From assembly GCA_963722255.1 (NCBI GenBank), contig CAVRJO010000002.1, forward strand, positions 648,467 through 712,466: a stretch of 64,000 nucleotides of DNA. Direction: 5' to 3'. Numbering within the stretch: position 1 is the stretch's first letter; every line of letters begins with the position of its first letter. Position numbers and translations under genes: made by a program. This document shows positions 1-10,154 of this stretch, one piece after another. Source of the DNA: Candidatus Babeliales bacterium (GTDB taxonomy: Bacteria > Babelota > Babeliae > Babelales > JANWKD01). Under the pieces are notes generated by a model. The model saw only the letters and a program-made list of their open reading frames with translations. It searched no databases and had not been told where the DNA came from.

Positions 1-232
1 TAACACAATCATCATATATTTCAGTCATGCTAATCGTTCCAAAATATGTTTCTACATCCTGAAATTCTTTTGCCCCATTCCTTTGTGCTATTGCATTGCC
101 TGCAAGATACATTTGAACAATATATACACTTGATTCTTCACCTAAATCATCATAACAAGGACTTTCGCCCTGACCTCTTATTGAACCAACAGCCATCAAA
201 CTTATACAGAAAAACATTAAATATATATTCAT
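1..232 (-). CDS. Secreted hypothetical protein, 5' part (runs off window start)
   Basis: Read by hand: ATG at 232, MNIYLMFFCISLMAVGSIRGQGESPCYDD..., signal-peptide-like, no stop before base 1; not in the ORF track. Confidence 0.6.
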   Translation of the reverse strand, partial: MNIYLMFFCISLMAVGSIRGQGESPCYDDLGEESSVYIVQMYLAGNAIAQRNGAKEFQDVETYFGTISMTEIYDDCV

Positions 233-313
233 AACAAACCGATCAAATTATAATAATTGTAAAAATATTCCTATTTGTAGGATATAAAACAGTTAAATTA
301 TTGGCAATATTTA

Positions 314-967
314 TTATCGCACAAGACCCATAAATTCTTTTATTTTTTGACATTGCGCTGCAAACTGAATAGGATTTTGTTCAAATTCTTCATTGCAATC
401 AAGAGTCAACACAGGAACATTGTGCAACGCGGGTCCCACTGCCTCTTTATCGCACAAAAATCGTTCATGCTGTTTATCAAGCTGGTATAAATAATCTAAA
501 GGCAACGTCTCTTCAGCAGATCTATTTCTTTTTTTAATACGTTCAAATGCAATTTTTGGGTCAACTTTAAGATAAATGAACCCTTGAGGAGCAAAACATT
601 TACTGGTTAAAAATTCAAACCATTCAGCATATAATTTCCATTCAAGTTCAGTCATAAAACCATTTTCATAACTATTACGAGCAAAAACATAGTGGCCAGA
701 ATAGACTGAACGCTCAACAATTAATAATGATTCATTATTTTTCTCTTGGATATATTCATGCATACGTTTAATCATAGTAAACGTCTCAAAGGTGTAAGCC
801 CACCGCTTTGGGTATTCATAAAAGTTATGCAATAATGATGATCCAATTTCCTGTGATTGCCATGAATCGACCGGTTCGAGTTTAACCGTCACTTCAGGTA
901 AAGCATGAGAAAGTAGCTTTAAAAAAGTAGACTTACCAGCACCAATTGTGCCTTCCAAAATATACAT
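314..967 (-). CDS. Deoxynucleoside kinase (dCK/dGK family)
   Basis: P-loop EGTIGAGKST, ERSVYS motif, lid RIKKRNRSAE. Confidence 0.92.
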   Translation of the reverse strand: MYILEGTIGAGKSTFLKLLSHALPEVTVKLEPVDSWQSQEIGSSLLHNFYEYPKRWAYTFETFTMIKRMHEYIQEKNNESLLIVERSVYSGHYVFARNSYENGFMTELEWKLYAEWFEFLTSKCFAPQGFIYLKVDPKIAFERIKKRNRSAEETLPLDYLYQLDKQHERFLCDKEAVGPALHNVPVLTLDCNEEFEQNPIQFAAQCQKIKEFMGLVR

Positions 968-1090
968 ATATATCCTTACAATGCTGGGTTTTTATAGCTA
1001 AAGGATACCATAAATTCACTATTTTTATAAGATAACTTTTACAAAATCTTATTTTGCTAAGTAGTGTAATTTGTGCTATTCTAGGCGTAT

Positions 1091-1819
1091 ATGAAAAAAA
1101 ATACAGATAAAGTAACAGAACTCATTTTTGGAATCCATTCGGTCATTGAACTTCTTAAAGCTAAACGACGAAAATTGGCCATATTGTATACAACCAAGCC
1201 AATCCCCAAGGGATTGCAGGCTGTAGAGCCATTATTACCAAAAAATATCCAAATTCAGTATGTAGACCGTGATGTTTTAACAAAACTAGCAGGCACCACT
1301 GATCACCAAGGTGTTGTTGCCTATGCTTCGCCTTTTGTTATCCGTAAAAAATTCTTTGATCCAAATCTACAAAAAAAACTTCTTATGCTTGATGGCATTC
1401 AAGATGTGCGCAATTTAGGGGCAATTTTACGCTCTGCCTATTGCACCGGTATTGATGGTGTTATTTTGATGAGAAAACATGGCGCTCCGTTAAATGCTGC
1501 CGCTCTTAAAGCTTCTGCCGGACTTGCCGAACATTTAGAGGTTTACTATGCAGCCTCAAATCAAGCTGCAATACAAGAATTAAAAAAAGCTGGCTATAAT
1601 CTCTATTTAGCAGTTGTTCAAAAAGCGACCGATGCTACAAAAGTCGAATATAAAGAACCGTTATGTCTTGTTATTGGCGGCGAAGCTACCGGTATTTCTT
1701 CTGATATTCGTGGTTCAGGACAACTCATAACCTTACCGCAACGAAATGCTGAAATTTCATACAATGCTTCAGTTGCTGCTGGAATCTTGCTCTTTATTAT
1801 TTCACAGAACAGCAAATAA
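1091..1819 (+). CDS. TrmH/SpoU-family RNA 2'-O-methyltransferase (RlmB-like)
   Basis: HQGVVA, DGIQDVRNLGAILRSA, IGGEATG, SYNASVAAGI motifs. Confidence 0.88.
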   Translation: MKKNTDKVTELIFGIHSVIELLKAKRRKLAILYTTKPIPKGLQAVEPLLPKNIQIQYVDRDVLTKLAGTTDHQGVVAYASPFVIRKKFFDPNLQKKLLMLDGIQDVRNLGAILRSAYCTGIDGVILMRKHGAPLNAAALKASAGLAEHLEVYYAASNQAAIQELKKAGYNLYLAVVQKATDATKVEYKEPLCLVIGGEATGISSDIRGSGQLITLPQRNAEISYNASVAAGILLFIISQNSK

Positions 1820-1823
1820 GCAG

Positions 1824-2150
1824 ATGAGAAAAACTATGGTTTTATCACAATCAATTTATAAAAAAATCTTGTTGATTGCTGCGATAAGCATGACCTATAA
1901 TTCTTGTTATCCTTTCGATCGTGAATTTCTTGGATGGAGCATAAGCGCTGTTGGTGCTTGTTTAACGGCAGTAGGGATTTACAAAATTTGGCAAAAAGAA
2001 AAGCCCAATCAACCCATTACTTTAACAAATAATAATGCTCCCATTATTATTAATGTTAATACTACAAGTAATACCGCAAAAGGTGCTACGATTGCTGCAA
2101 TAGGTTTATATATTGCAAATAAGGGAATCAACATCCTCAATAAAAACTAA
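1824..2150 (+). CDS. Small membrane/secreted hypothetical protein
   Basis: ATG just after the upstream stop; hydrophobic segments. Confidence 0.55.
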   Translation: MRKTMVLSQSIYKKILLIAAISMTYNSCYPFDREFLGWSISAVGACLTAVGIYKIWQKEKPNQPITLTNNNAPIIINVNTTSNTAKGATIAAIGLYIANKGINILNKN

Positions 2151-2159
2151 ACTTTTTCT

Positions 2160-2770
2160 TTAATCTTTTTTACGCCCATCATATTCAGGCTTTACAACTC
2201 TTCCTGTTTCTTTTTGAACTAACTGATAATCATTGTGTCCTTGCCACAGAAGAACATACTCTTTCTTTCTTGGTAAGTAAGCAAAATTAAACCATAAATA
2301 AAAGCCATCTTCTTTTACTTTATCAATTGCAATTGTATCGCCACGACTACCAACTTTAAGAAATGGTGAATCTTCACGTCTAAGCCATAGCGTTTTTGCA
2401 CAAATTTCCTCTCCTATACAATAAACGTTTTCATAATCTAACGAAGTACATCGATTATTCGATCAGAAAAAGAGTTCTTGTAATTATCATTCTTTTTTTC
2501 CAAAGGAACTTTTATTGATTTATTTGTTTTGCACTTTTGCCATGCATAATATAATCCAGCACCTAAGCTTGTACCTAATGCTAACGCCGTACAAAGATTA
2601 CTTTTAAGGCTATAATTTTCGGCATAAATCTGATGTGCTAAATGCGCAAAGCCAGCAACTCCTGCCACGAAGCTTAATGCACCTACTTCCAAAGAATCTT
2701 TCATAGACATTGCATGAATATAAGGAGACGCTAAAAGCATCGTCAAAAATATGATTTTTATTTTTTTCAC
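2160..2770 (-). pseudogene. Degenerate paralog of 3603-4186 (secreted/membrane hypothetical); ORF 2438-2770 plus frameshifted 3' remnants
   Basis: N-terminus nearly identical to the 4186 gene (MKKIKIIFLTML.ASP.IHAMSMKDSL.VGALS); GTG start; downstream frames end ...LVQKETGRVVKPEYDGRKKD*, resembling the paralog's alternative tail. Confidence 0.6.
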
Positions 2771-2785
2771 AGAAATCCCTTGTAA

Positions 2786-3409
2786 TAAATTTCACCCGCA
2801 GCAAGCAGCGGGGTATTGAATTTTTTTAAGGATTTCTATCTACATGAAGAACATCTGACCCAGATCTCTTGGCGTACGAGTAGGGTCTTTTTTGTGCAAC
2901 ATCATGTAATCCCTTCCCTGGTTTTTTACGTATTCTGCCACTCGTTTTTCGCTTCCATGCTTACTTACCGTGTTTACGAAATATCCATCAGACCAAAATT
3001 CTCCACCCCATAGCTGCCTCTTTACTTCGGGAACTTGTTTGAAAATTTCCCGCGCCGTTATACTTTTTATTTTTCTAACGATATTCGTAGGACTATACGT
3101 CGGTACGGACTGCACAAGAAAATGAACGTGATCCCCATCTGTTCCTATTTCTAGAAACTCTATCTGATAACGTTTTTCTATCTCAAGACACACCGACCTC
3201 AATACTTTGTCTACTTCCTCTGTAAAAACCGCTCGCCTATATTTTGCTGGACAAACTATATGATACATCAGAACCGATACATTATGACTTTTGTGTATAA
3301 ACCTACTTAATTTACTCATTCTCCCAATTTATCAGGACTTTTTATTTATTCCATTTTTTTTATCTGACTACGCGGCAAGCCGCGGGGAATTGTACCCGTA
3401 GAGATTAAA
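2786..3409 (-). mobile_element. IS200/IS605-family element (tnpA only), ends approximate
   Basis: Subterminal hairpins CCCGCAGCAAGCAGCGGGG (~2795) and CGCGGCAAGCCGCG (~3371) flank a Y1 transposase. Confidence 0.85.
2840..3319 (-). CDS. tnpA: IS200-type Y1 (HUH) transposase
   Basis: YHIVCPAKYRR, DHVHFLV (HUH), FWSDGYFVNTV, YVKNQ. Confidence 0.95.
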   Translation of the reverse strand: MSKLSRFIHKSHNVSVLMYHIVCPAKYRRAVFTEEVDKVLRSVCLEIEKRYQIEFLEIGTDGDHVHFLVQSVPTYSPTNIVRKIKSITAREIFKQVPEVKRQLWGGEFWSDGYFVNTVSKHGSEKRVAEYVKNQGRDYMMLHKKDPTRTPRDLGQMFFM

Positions 3410-3475
3410 AAACACACTTTACTAAATAACTATAGTCATCGTAAGAAACTATTCGAAGGATTTCTTATTTTATTA

Positions 3476-3552
3476 CTGGATCCCCCAGCCGTCGCACAAG
3501 GCTATGGCGGCCAGTGCACGGAGCTACACTTCATTCCGCTCCTCTGGATGAC
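3476..3552. repeat. GC-rich REP/RPE-like palindromic element
   Basis: CTGGATCCCC...GGATGAC frame enclosing two imperfect hairpins in an AT-rich spacer. Confidence 0.5.
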
Positions 3553-3655
3553 ATCAAGCGGTTCACTCAATTATTTTTTCTTGTAGAAATCTAATTCCTT
3601 CTTTATAATTCAACTTTCTCTCTTATTACCTTACCGGTACTTTTCTCAATAAGCT

Positions 3656-4186
3656 CTAAAATATCTTTTTTTCATTTAACCAAAAATACGTACCTTTTTT
3701 AAGGTCTGTAATATCATAGTTAACTTGATGTGTAGCATACTTTACATATAAAAATGTGCTCTCATCCTTCATACTGAGATTAAAATATGAACTATCTTTT
3801 GCATAAGCAAGTATTTTATATCCTGCATGAGATCGACTACAACCATGCTTTATCGATGCAGTATCCCTTGTTTCATTACACAAATCATCGATTATAAATT
3901 TTTTTTGCTTAACGACTGGTTTATTAGGTTTGACAGCATTGCAAGATAAATTTCGCCAAGCAAGATACAGCCCAGTTGTTAAGCTTGTACCTAGCAGCAA
4001 AGAAGTAACTACATTATTTTTCAAACTATAATCGTGAGCATTTATTTGGTGAACCAACTGTACAACTCCAGCGACTCCTGTCACTAAGCTTAATGCGCCT
4101 ACTGCCAATGAGTCTTTCATAGACATTGCATGAATAGAAGGAGATGCTACAAGCATCGTCAAAAATATGATTTTTATTTTTTTCAT
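3656..4186 (-). CDS. Secreted/membrane hypothetical protein (may extend to 3603 if the A7 run is A8)
   Basis: Signal peptide plus two hydrophobic helices; paralog at 2770. Confidence 0.7.
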   Translation of the reverse strand: MKKIKIIFLTMLVASPSIHAMSMKDSLAVGALSLVTGVAGVVQLVHQINAHDYSLKNNVVTSLLLGTSLTTGLYLAWRNLSCNAVKPNKPVVKQKKFIIDDLCNETRDTASIKHGCSRSHAGYKILAYAKDSSYFNLSMKDESTFLYVKYATHQVNYDITDLKKGTYFWLNEKKIF

Positions 4187-4220
4187 AGAAATCCCTTGTT
4201 AAAGAAACGGAATTAATTTT

Positions 4221-4646
4221 TTAGTCATGTCCGCCACAGCAACCTTCTTTTTTCTTAGCTTCATGTGCAGCCTTTTCAACCGCAGCTTTGACCTTTTCAG
4301 GCGTTGGTTGATACAAATCTAAAATATTATTGCCCGGATCTTTGAAGCTAATAATAAATCCATGTACCGCTTCTACCGGTTGCCCGATGAAAGGAATTGC
4401 ATCTTTGTGTGCTTCATAAAAAGCTTTAAGATCATCAACGCCAAAAACAATTCCTGTTCTGCGCTCAGGAAGTTCCTGCGCAGTTTCAGCTAGACCAAGT
4501 TTTACACCTTGCAAATCAAATTCTGCCCATTTGTGGGATATATGAAATTTTAAGGGCAAACCAAATTCTTGATAAAATGCCACAGCGCGAGAAAGATCAT
4601 TCTGCATAAGAATAACCATATTTAGATTAATATTTTCTTGGGTCAT
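4221..4646 (-). CDS. VOC/glyoxalase-family protein
   Basis: DLSRAVAFYQ, FGVDDL, FKDPGNNILDLYQ motifs. Confidence 0.85.
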   Translation of the reverse strand: MTQENINLNMVILMQNDLSRAVAFYQEFGLPLKFHISHKWAEFDLQGVKLGLAETAQELPERRTGIVFGVDDLKAFYEAHKDAIPFIGQPVEAVHGFIISFKDPGNNILDLYQPTPEKVKAAVEKAAHEAKKKEGCCGGHD

Positions 4647-4728
4647 TAAATTTTTCCTTGAGTTTACTGATATGTGCTAGTATATTTTTAATAATACTAA
4701 ATTATTTAAAAATGTAAAAAAAGTAGTT

Positions 4729-5388
4729 ATGAATCAAATAAAAATCTTTCCTTCACTCATCTCTTCAAACATCTTGAATCTTGAAAAAACAGTCATAGAA
4801 TTAGGCCCATTTTGCGATGGCTTTCACATCGATATCATGGATAACCATTTTGTACCAAATTTAACATGGGGGCCTCCTATAGTAAATCAGATTGCAGCGC
4901 GAACTGATAAACCACTTTCAGTGCATCTCATGGTAGAAAAACCGGAAACAATTATTAATCAACTTAGATTAAAAGAAAAAAGCAGTATCTCTATTCATAT
5001 TGAGAATGAAAATATTGATAAGCTCATTAGACTAATACAGGAAAAAAAGCAACGCGCAAGCATTGCAATAAAACCGGAAACTCCGCTCGAAAAACTTTAT
5101 CCATTTTTAAAAACAATTGAGCAGGTATTGCTCATGTCAGTCGAACCGGGATTTTCCGGGCAAAAATTTTTGCCAAATTCTATTCAGCGCTTAAAAGAAC
5201 TTATTGCCTATAGAAAAACTAATGATCTTACTTTTGAAATAGCCATGGATGGCGGCATCAATGAACACAATATTCACCAACTTTTTCTAGAAGGTTGTAC
5301 GTCATTTTGCATTGCTTCAGCGATTTTTTCATCATCACATGCGATTAATGCCATAAAAGACCTGTATACTAAAGCTCTAGAAGGGTAG
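4729..5388 (+). CDS. rpe: Ribulose-phosphate 3-epimerase
   Basis: HIDIMDNHFVPNLTWG, VHLMV, MSVEPGFSGQKF, MDGGIN. Confidence 0.96.
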   Translation: MNQIKIFPSLISSNILNLEKTVIELGPFCDGFHIDIMDNHFVPNLTWGPPIVNQIAARTDKPLSVHLMVEKPETIINQLRLKEKSSISIHIENENIDKLIRLIQEKKQRASIAIKPETPLEKLYPFLKTIEQVLLMSVEPGFSGQKFLPNSIQRLKELIAYRKTNDLTFEIAMDGGINEHNIHQLFLEGCTSFCIASAIFSSSHAINAIKDLYTKALEG

Positions 5389-6777
5389 TTTCTCAAGTTC
5401 TGCACCGTAGCTTTTTAATAATGTAATAATATCGGGTGCAGTTGCATATGCCAAAGGTGGATAACCATCAAGATCTCTTGTATTAACAAACAGTTGAACC
5501 GGCCTTGAATCTTTTCCAAATAATCCCACAATTGTATCAATCAAGGTGCTAATAATTTCTGAAAAAATTCTTTTGTCCAAACTAAAATTAACAGCGGCTA
5601 ATAGTGGTGTAAAACCTTTGCTATACGTACGAATATTTAAAAGTATATACAAAAAATATTTACTTGGAGCATAATTTTTCATAGTTCTAATTATAAGATG
5701 AGAAATATCAAACTTTCTTTGCAAAAGTGAAATTATCAATGCACCTCGCCCATCTTGAGCAACATTTCTCAAAATAGAATAAAAAGCCTCTTCATCATCT
5801 GCAAAAAAGGTTTCAACAATATGAAGCAAAAATGCAGTATATTCATAACTTAGTGCAACAGCATGCATCAAAGGATCCCATCCTGCCGGTGAACGCGTCA
5901 TCATAACTTCCAAAAAGAGCCTTGGCGTTTTTTTATATTTTTTTTGAGTTTCAAAAATAATTTTTTGTACAACATTGAATTTATCATCACGAATTGCCTC
6001 TATAAGCTCAAGTCCTGTTTTACGCGCTTCTACAATTTCCGGTTTAATTTCATGTAAGGTAATACCCCCATACTGTTTGAGAAATTGACGATGACGCGCA
6101 TTAAAATAAGTATTATCATAAGGAGTTCTACCCGCAAGACTTACTGCATTAATAAAAGATTCATACTCTTCAGAATTCTTGCCTAAAATTCTTTCAGCAA
6201 CAATTACCACAGCTTCCAAATTGAGCATTGATCCTTGAAAAGCTAACCAATGCAATATAGTCCAACCATCTTCATAGGCAGTAGCATTTAAAAAATCAAG
6301 GAACAGCTTTTTTTCAGAGCCTAATAATCTAATAACATGATAAAGCATTAAATCTATCTGTTCGCGGGTACCATTTTGTGCCAACAAATAAAAAGCGGTG
6401 TGGCCTTGGAGGCATTGTGCATTAAGAAAATTAAATACATCAAGAATACCATCATCTTGTGTGTCATAATATTTTTCAACTTTTTCTAAAATAAAAATTA
6501 CCTGATCAATATCTGTCAAAGCAGCGGCTCTCAACAGACTTGTACATCCATAGCCATCCCTGACATCCAAAAATTCATAGAAGGCATTCTTATTGTTTTT
6601 AAATTTTTGTAAAGCACTATTCATAATTGATTTGAATTCTGATTGGTCTATTAAATTTTGAGCTTTTAAAAACTGTTTCCCCATTTCTAGAGCTTGAGGG
6701 AGTGAGCTTCCAGTCATGCCCTTGCATAAGAAACTAGTTACTAAAAAAAATATCAAAACCAAATATAATTTTTTCAT
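5377..6777 (-). CDS. Secreted ankyrin-repeat protein
   Basis: Signal peptide; repeats GCTSLLRAA, GHTAFY, GWTILHW, GRTPY, GWDPLMHA, GFTPLLAA, GYPPLAYA. Confidence 0.8.
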   Translation of the reverse strand: MKKLYLVLIFFLVTSFLCKGMTGSSLPQALEMGKQFLKAQNLIDQSEFKSIMNSALQKFKNNKNAFYEFLDVRDGYGCTSLLRAAALTDIDQVIFILEKVEKYYDTQDDGILDVFNFLNAQCLQGHTAFYLLAQNGTREQIDLMLYHVIRLLGSEKKLFLDFLNATAYEDGWTILHWLAFQGSMLNLEAVVIVAERILGKNSEEYESFINAVSLAGRTPYDNTYFNARHRQFLKQYGGITLHEIKPEIVEARKTGLELIEAIRDDKFNVVQKIIFETQKKYKKTPRLFLEVMMTRSPAGWDPLMHAVALSYEYTAFLLHIVETFFADDEEAFYSILRNVAQDGRGALIISLLQRKFDISHLIIRTMKNYAPSKYFLYILLNIRTYSKGFTPLLAAVNFSLDKRIFSEIISTLIDTIVGLFGKDSRPVQLFVNTRDLDGYPPLAYATAPDIITLLKSYGAELEKLPF

Positions 6778-6937
6778 AGCATACTACCTTTTTTGTAACT
6801 AAAGACTAAGAGCGCTATTTCTCCTAAAACAGTATCATACTCATTTTTCGGTTTGCAATAGTATAGCATTGACTTACTTCTAAACTATTTTTTAAATTTA
6901 AAGCTGGTTTTCTATAACCATTTACCTAAGGATAAAT

Positions 6938-8488
6938 ATGTTAAGAAGAATATCAAAAAATATATTGTTTACTTTGATAACTACTTTTTTAATCAATCAC
7001 ATGAATTTGAGTTGTACCAGTTCTCTACCTATAAATTCATCGTTCAATAAAGCTGCGCGTCCAGATGCGCCCGGGAACCAGGATGGATCGGTTGTTGGTT
7101 CAATAGTATGTGATAACCAAGAATTGCGTGAATTAGTCCAATCAGTTGGTCAATCTTTTGATACATGCTGCAATACGTTACAACAGGATTTTACACATAC
7201 TTTTTCATTGCTACAAGAAATTATTCAAGATTTAGGTGCTAAGGTAACAACACCTTGCGTCATCGTTCCCGTATCTCAAGCTCTCATTGACGCAAACGGC
7301 GGCACCTTAGTTATAAATACTCCAGGAAACTATATTTTTACAGAAAATATTTCAACAGCGGCCAATACTGCAATAATCATAAACTCAAATGCTGTTACTA
7401 TCGATTTTTGCAATAGAACCTTATTTGGTATAGGTCCTAATGCTATTACCGGAATACAAATCAATCCAGGTTTTTCAAATATTTTGATAGAATATGGTGA
7501 AATCAATCAATTTTCAAGTTATGGAATCCATGTATTAAATGGGGTCTTCAATCTTACTATGCGCTATGTTTCTGTTTATAATTGTGCACGGGCTGGTATC
7601 TTTTTAGATGGATTGGGTAGTGGCTCGACAACAATTACCAACTCATTTATTCAAGATTGCAGAGCTTCTTTTTGTGCTACTGCCGGTGGAGGCAATGCAT
7701 TAGGAGGCCTGAGCCTTCTTAATTGCAATAATGTTATTGTAAATGGAGGCATGTATAACCAAAATGGTTCAGTATTAGCAACTGAATCTACTGGCGTCTT
7801 AGTTAATCAAAGTATTAATTGCAGATTAACCGGTGTTTTTATGGATAATAACACGGGCATTGCCGTTCATGGAATGCATATTCTTTCAAGCACTGGCAAT
7901 ATCATAAGCTCTTGTATTGCAAATGATAACATTGGAACTGCCACTGTTATCGGTCTTTTTGCAAATGGAGGAATGAATAATAGCTTTATGAACTGTACAT
8001 CATCACGAAATACTGCTCCCATTGCTTATGGATATAGTTTAGGAGCTGGTGAAATTTCTTCGCTGTTATGTAGATGTATAGCTGAAAATACTATTGGAAC
8101 TCTCCCTTCATCTCCACCAAATGGAATTTATGGTGCTGGAATTGCTATTGATGGTGCCAATGGAGCATCATTCAATGAAGTTATGAGCAATTTAGTTATT
8201 AAAAATAATCAATCTGGTATTTTTGACAGTGCTCTTACTTTTAATGCACTTCCTATAGTTATCGCTGGCGCGAGTACAACTCTTGTCAATGGTAACAAGG
8301 CCGTTGATAATGGATTAGCTGGACCTGCATTCAGCACTACAACACCATTTAGAAATTATACTATTGCCTATACAACAGGCACACCAGTTGAAACAGTTAT
8401 GTTTCGCTATTCTACGGGCGCAGCTCCAGTTGTATCTTCTGCAGGAGATACTATGATCGCTAATATTGATGCTCGAAATGGTGCTTAA
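6938..8488 (+). CDS. Secreted right-handed beta-helix (pectin-lyase-like fold) protein
   Basis: Signal peptide, INTPGNYIFTENI, and Asn/Gly/Ile/Cys-rich GIxx...NxxIxxCxAxxN coils. Confidence 0.8.
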   Translation: MLRRISKNILFTLITTFLINHMNLSCTSSLPINSSFNKAARPDAPGNQDGSVVGSIVCDNQELRELVQSVGQSFDTCCNTLQQDFTHTFSLLQEIIQDLGAKVTTPCVIVPVSQALIDANGGTLVINTPGNYIFTENISTAANTAIIINSNAVTIDFCNRTLFGIGPNAITGIQINPGFSNILIEYGEINQFSSYGIHVLNGVFNLTMRYVSVYNCARAGIFLDGLGSGSTTITNSFIQDCRASFCATAGGGNALGGLSLLNCNNVIVNGGMYNQNGSVLATESTGVLVNQSINCRLTGVFMDNNTGIAVHGMHILSSTGNIISSCIANDNIGTATVIGLFANGGMNNSFMNCTSSRNTAPIAYGYSLGAGEISSLLCRCIAENTIGTLPSSPPNGIYGAGIAIDGANGASFNEVMSNLVIKNNQSGIFDSALTFNALPIVIAGASTTLVNGNKAVDNGLAGPAFSTTTPFRNYTIAYTTGTPVETVMFRYSTGAAPVVSSAGDTMIANIDARNGA

Positions 8489-8503
8489 CAAAAATAAAAA
8501 TAT

Positions 8504-9184
8504 CTATTTATTTTTTTTTGTTACAATCACAGCATACAAAGAACCAAAGGGAATATATTTCAAAATCGATTCCATGGTATAAGAGATATTTGGATACAAA
8601 TATAAACCTTTACTAGTACAAGAATTGAATGTAAAAAGGCTCTTTACATAGTTCAAACTGAGCATAACGGCTTCTTTGTCATGTTCAGCATAAAATGTTT
8701 TTCTTGCTGACCAATTATAAGGATTTGTTTCAAAAATAACGAGCACTCCTCCTGGTTTTAGCACACGTACTAGTTCGCAAGCAAAATGATTTCGTTCATC
8801 TTCTTTAATATGATGAAAAACATTGACACTATAGAGTATATTAACTGAACAATCATCAAAAGGTAGCAGATCTCTTATTAAAGGCATAAACGATATTTCA
8901 GGATACTGTTCAATATTTTTTTTCAATTGATCATAATCAGTATCAACCCCTATAATATGCGCCTCATGAAATGATTTTTGTATATAATTTGTCAAAAAAG
9001 CATCACCACATCCAAAATCAAGGAGCGTAATTTTTTCATTAACTAGATGAAAAAACCAACGACTCAACGTATCATTGAGATACGCATAAAGTTCAGCATG
9101 AGGATGATCATTCATACTATTCATAAGAGATGTTCCAAGTATCAAGATTATTAAGAGCAGTAATCGTATCACATTGTGTTTCAT
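8504..9184 (-). CDS. Class I SAM-dependent methyltransferase with N-terminal signal peptide
   Basis: LLDFGCGDA, LPFDDCS, VFHHI, RVLKPGG. Confidence 0.88.
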   Translation of the reverse strand: MKHNVIRLLLLIILILGTSLMNSMNDHPHAELYAYLNDTLSRWFFHLVNEKITLLDFGCGDAFLTNYIQKSFHEAHIIGVDTDYDQLKKNIEQYPEISFMPLIRDLLPFDDCSVNILYSVNVFHHIKEDERNHFACELVRVLKPGGVLVIFETNPYNWSARKTFYAEHDKEAVMLSLNYVKSLFTFNSCTSKGLYLYPNISYTMESILKYIPFGSLYAVIVTKKNK

Positions 9185-9188
9185 GTTA

Positions 9189-10154
9189 TTACAACTTTAG
9201 TAATAATGCATGCAATAATTCATTTCCAAAAACAACACGATAAATACCTTCAAAAAGAGGCAAATTCAGATTCTTTTTTTGTATAAGCTCATGAATCGAA
9301 GTAAGTGTATTAACTCCCTCAGGAATCATTCCAGTTTCTTGTAAAATTGAATCTAATGATTTTCCTTGCCCAAGCATATGCCCAACCTTTACATTTCTGC
9401 TTTGATTGCTGAGCGATGTTAAAATCAAATCTCCAACGCCGGCAAGGCCATACACCGTTTCCGATTGGCCACCGCATGCGGTTACAATGCCCGCCATCTC
9501 ATACAATCCTGTAGTAAGTACAAAGGCTTTGGTATTATCACCATACCCTGCCCCTGAAAGTATTCCAATGAACAATGCAATAACATTTTTTAAAGCTCCA
9601 CAAAGCTGTACACCTAAAGGATCTGATGAAAGTGTCGATTTAAAGTAGTCATTGGTAAGCAATGATTGTAAAGAAGTCGCCAACTTCTCATCATTAGATG
9701 CTAACGTAACCGCGGTAATATGTTTTTGCGCTAAATCATGCGCAAAACTAGGACCAAAGAAAACAACCTTGGGAACTTCAACTTCCAATACAGAATCGAT
9801 CATTTGACCAGGCAGCATAAGAGTACTATTTTCAATACCTTTGCTTAATACTACCCAGGGTTTTTTACCACAAACTTGAGGATCTATAGTTAAAAGAACT
9901 GAGCGTAAATAGGTGATAGGTGTTGATTCAAAAATCCATGAGCTTTGGCTTATTGCCTCATTAAGGTCTAGAACAGGAGCGATAGCGTTTGAAAGCTTAA
10001 TGCCAGGCAAATATCGTTCATTAACTCCCTTTTTCTCAATGCTTTCTTTTACTTTTTCATCATGACACCACAAGAATACCGTATGACCGTTCTGTGCTAA
10101 TAATGTTGAAACAGCGGTTCCCCAAGCCCCTTCGCCAATAACGGTGATATTCAT
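9189..10154 (-). CDS. gpsA: NAD(P)H-dependent glycerol-3-phosphate dehydrogenase
   Basis: GEGAWGTA, SKGIE, GALKNVIA, GLAGVGDLILT, SRN. Confidence 0.95.
   Translation of the reverse strand: MNITVIGEGAWGTAVSTLLAQNGHTVFLWCHDEKVKESIEKKGVNERYLPGIKLSNAIAPVLDLNEAISQSSWIFESTPITYLRSVLLTIDPQVCGKKPWVVLSKGIENSTLMLPGQMIDSVLEVEVPKVVFFGPSFAHDLAQKHITAVTLASNDEKLATSLQSLLTNDYFKSTLSSDPLGVQLCGALKNVIALFIGILSGAGYGDNTKAFVLTTGLYEMAGIVTACGGQSETVYGLAGVGDLILTSLSNQSRNVKVGHMLGQGKSLDSILQETGMIPEGVNTLTSIHELIQKKNLNLPLFEGIYRVVFGNELLHALLLKL

Noticed and set aside
46..234. 62-aa plus-strand ORF
   Set aside because: Shadow of the minus-strand ORF starting at 232
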